From positions 1-44,928 of IMG/VR virus record IMGVR_UViG_3300011441_000017: a stretch of 44,928 bases of DNA, one strand, 5' to 3'. This DNA comes from a virus (lineage: Duplodnaviria > Caudoviricetes). Under the pieces are notes generated by a model. That model was not told the DNA's origin. It was given only the letters and a program-made list of their open reading frames with translations, and searched no databases. Below are positions 42,514 to 44,928 of the stretch, piece after piece (within the stretch, counting starts at the first letter, position 1; each line of letters opens with the position of its first letter). Made by a program: the position numbers and the translations under genes.

Positions 42514-44369
42514 CAGTGCCTCCCCCTGAGCCAACTCCCGCGCCGCGGTGGAATCCACTTCGGCTTCGACGCCGGTGTCTTCGGCTCGACCGCTGGCGTG
42601 GCCGCGCGCGTCGGATTGAGCCGGCGCGCCATGTCCTCGAGGTTCGGCCGGAACAACCGCAGTGCGGCGATCGCGTAGACCGTCATGTCGAGCGCCTCGT
42701 TCCGCGCGCGCCGCTGGATCCACTGCCGGAACGGCACACCCTGCCGATACTTCGTGACCAGCCGCTCGGCCGTCAGCTGCTCGATAAATTCCTCGTCGAC
42801 CCCAACCCGGTGCACCTGGCCGACCTGGTGCGACAGCGGGAGATGCACGAACCCTGGACCGACGTCCTGAATCTTGAGCCGGCTGTAGAGCAGGCCTTTA
42901 CAGGTATCCGCGCCCACCGTGTAGAGCGCGACCTTTCGAATGTCGCGACCGCTGCGCTTCTGCGAGGGCGCCGAGACGATCGGCCGGTCCGACCCGTCGC
43001 GCCCGATGATCGCGTAGACCCGCTGATGCTGACGCTTCGCGACATAGTCGTAGACGGACTGCGTCCGGTGGCCGGCGGAGTCCACGCAGGTCGCGGCAAT
43101 CTGCAGCAACGCCCCGGACTCGTGCTGATACGTGCCACTCAGCAGGGCGTCGAGCGCCTGCCAGGGCTCCGGACGCTGCGGATCGCCCGGCAGCAACCGG
43201 GACTCGATGATCCACGACTCTTCGCCCGGCCCCCACCCGACGACGACCAGCTCGAGCCGGTCGTCCTGCACGTCGACGCCCATCGTCAGGCAGCAGGCCC
43301 CGTCAGGCACCGGCGCCGGATACGGCTCGCGCCTGGCAATGAGCGCGTGCGGTTCAGCCTGTTCGCCCTCCTGGTCCTCCCAGGTCTCTCCGAGCGACGT
43401 GTTGATGAAGACCTGCAGGGTATCCGGCGCGCGCTTCGCCTCGAGGAAGTCGGTCACGATCTCGGCGAGCCGGCGCCAGGGCGAGTACGCCTCCCAGATG
43501 TGGAAGCCCGCCGTCCCCGTGAACGGCGCCGTGGGCCGCCACTCCGGGTCGCGCAGCATCTCCTGCCGTTCGGATTCGTCCATCGTGCTACCGCACTCCG
43601 GGCAGACCAGGTGCGCGGTGTCCGGCTTCCCGGCCTCCCAGTGCAGATGCTTCCACTCGAGGACGTGGCGGGTCGCGCAGTGCGGGCAGGCGAGGTAACA
43701 GCGCCGCTGATCACTCTCGTCGAACCGCGCCTCGATGCGTGAGATCCCCTTGATCGTCGGCGTCGACACGACCAGGTGCTTCCGGTTCCAGAACGTCGTC
43801 GTCCGCTTCTCAGCCAGGGCGAGCGGGTCCCCTTCCGAGCTCACGTCCCATCGATCGATCTCGTCGGCGAGCAGCCACCGGATCGGCCGCGACGCCAGCG
43901 ACGCCGGACTATTGGAGCCCGCGAGCGTGATGTGCCCACCAGGGAACGTCTTGTGGCGAATCGTGTTCGACGCGTCCCGCCGGCCGTCACTGACCCGGTC
44001 GCGGAGGACCGGCGTGTCGCGCAGCATGGGCTCGATCCGGTCCTTCGAAAACGCCTCCGCCATCTCGAGGGTCGGCTGCACCAGCAGCACGGGGCCCGGG
44101 TCGATGTCGATGCTGTAGCCGAGCAGGTTCAGCAGCATCTCGGACTTGCCAATCTGCGCGCTGCTCATCACGACGACCGTGTGCACCGTCGGGTCGTGGA
44201 CGGCGTCCATGATGTCGCGCTGGTAGGGCGCCCGGGCCGTGTCCCACCGGCCAGGCTCCGCGCTCGCTTCCGGCGACAGGACGCGATACTCGTCCGCCCA
44301 CTGGCTGACGGTGACGTTCGGCGGTGGCGCCAGCGCCCGATAGAACGCCTGCTCGAGCGCCGTGGTCAC
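42513..44369 (-). CDS. terL: Terminase large subunit, lambda GpA family
   Basis: VSQWAD, SSAQIGKSE (Walker A), LLADEID (Walker B), STPT, GVDVQDDR, RNEALD. Confidence 0.97.
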   Translation of the reverse strand: MTTALEQAFYRALAPPPNVTVSQWADEYRVLSPEASAEPGRWDTARAPYQRDIMDAVHDPTVHTVVVMSSAQIGKSEMLLNLLGYSIDIDPGPVLLVQPTLEMAEAFSKDRIEPMLRDTPVLRDRVSDGRRDASNTIRHKTFPGGHITLAGSNSPASLASRPIRWLLADEIDRWDVSSEGDPLALAEKRTTTFWNRKHLVVSTPTIKGISRIEARFDESDQRRCYLACPHCATRHVLEWKHLHWEAGKPDTAHLVCPECGSTMDESERQEMLRDPEWRPTAPFTGTAGFHIWEAYSPWRRLAEIVTDFLEAKRAPDTLQVFINTSLGETWEDQEGEQAEPHALIARREPYPAPVPDGACCLTMGVDVQDDRLELVVVGWGPGEESWIIESRLLPGDPQRPEPWQALDALLSGTYQHESGALLQIAATCVDSAGHRTQSVYDYVAKRQHQRVYAIIGRDGSDRPIVSAPSQKRSGRDIRKVALYTVGADTCKGLLYSRLKIQDVGPGFVHLPLSHQVGQVHRVGVDEEFIEQLTAERLVTKYRQGVPFRQWIQRRARNEALDMTVYAIAALRLFRPNLEDMARRLNPTRAATPAVEPKTPASKPKWIPPRRGSWLRGRH

Positions 44370-44878
44370 GCCGCGGACTCCGTAGGCTCCCCGTGCGCCG
44401 CGAGCTCGCGCAGGGCATCGTCAATCTCGACGAGGAGGAGGGTCTTTACCGCCGCCTGCCCGCGCTTCGCTGCCGATACCAACTTCTCGGCGACGCCATC
44501 AGGAATACGCCGAAGCCGTGCCTTCGTGGCCGCGGCCACGTTCGCCAGGTCCCTGGCCGCCTCGTCCACCTCCACGAGCTCGCCACGCCTGAGCCGAATA
44601 CGCAAGTCGAGCTCTTCGGTCCGTTTCTGGTCGAGCAGGGCGCGTTGTTCGGTCGCCGACAGGTTCGACGCCCCCACGCCGCCCCTCGCCCGTGCTTCAC
44701 GGTCCGCATACCAGCGGATGCATTCCGGCATCGCGTAGCGCGAGGCGCGACCAGGACCGCCACGCTCGGCAATCGGCAAGCCCTCCCGCTCCCACTTCGT
44801 GACCGTCAACATCGCCACCCCAAACAGGGCCGCCATGTCTCGGCGCGTCACGAGCGAGGCGCTATCTGCTTTTGCCAT
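44366..44878 (-). CDS. terS: Terminase small subunit, Nu1-like
   Basis: wHTH VTRRDMAALFGVAMLTVTKWEREGLP, coiled coil, RGELV; overlaps the terL start. Confidence 0.9.
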   Translation of the reverse strand: MAKADSASLVTRRDMAALFGVAMLTVTKWEREGLPIAERGGPGRASRYAMPECIRWYADREARARGGVGASNLSATEQRALLDQKRTEELDLRIRLRRGELVEVDEAARDLANVAAATKARLRRIPDGVAEKLVSAAKRGQAAVKTLLLVEIDDALRELAAHGEPTESAA

Positions 44879-44928
44879 ATACCCTTAGAGGCACTCACAA
44901 CCTAGCGATATTCTGCGGCCCGTTTACC

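Larger units (their letters stand above)
1..44928. mobile_element. Temperate siphovirus-like phage genome segment (non-integrated gene order)
   Basis: Terminase, portal, protease, capsid, tail tube, tape measure, lysis, integrase, repressor/Cro and recombination genes in canonical order; no host housekeeping gene recognised. Confidence 0.95.

Noticed and set aside
44879-44928. cos packaging site upstream of terS
   Set aside because: Expected nearby for a GpA-type terminase, but only 50 bp are visible and no site can be identified

Overview
The whole window is part of one GC-rich temperate siphophage genome, apparently in its non-integrated arrangement. Phage genes flank an attP-like site (the 3' half of tRNA-fMet) just downstream of a tyrosine integrase. 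Reading the minus strand from the right end, the order is: lambda-like terS/terL/gpW; a block of about 8 glycosyltransferase-like and 3 SAM-methyltransferase-like genes; a lambda-type portal; one more glycosyltransferase; a small wHTH gene; prohead protease; major capsid; head-tail and tail genes (with an antisense HNH endonuclease); tape measure; tail-tip genes; and a lysis region carrying three large carbohydrate-active-like proteins. The integration/immunity cassette follows on the plus strand, then Cro-like regulators and a recombination module. An intact 2234-bp IS1595-family element (22-bp TIRs, 8-bp TSD, five passenger ORFs) and a left-truncated gene with a 9-bp tandem repeat abutting a 13-bp hairpin complete the window. 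The most striking system is the glycosyl/methyltransferase block built into the head operon, a candidate virion-glycosylation pathway. All family calls come from motif recognition by eye; no database search was run.
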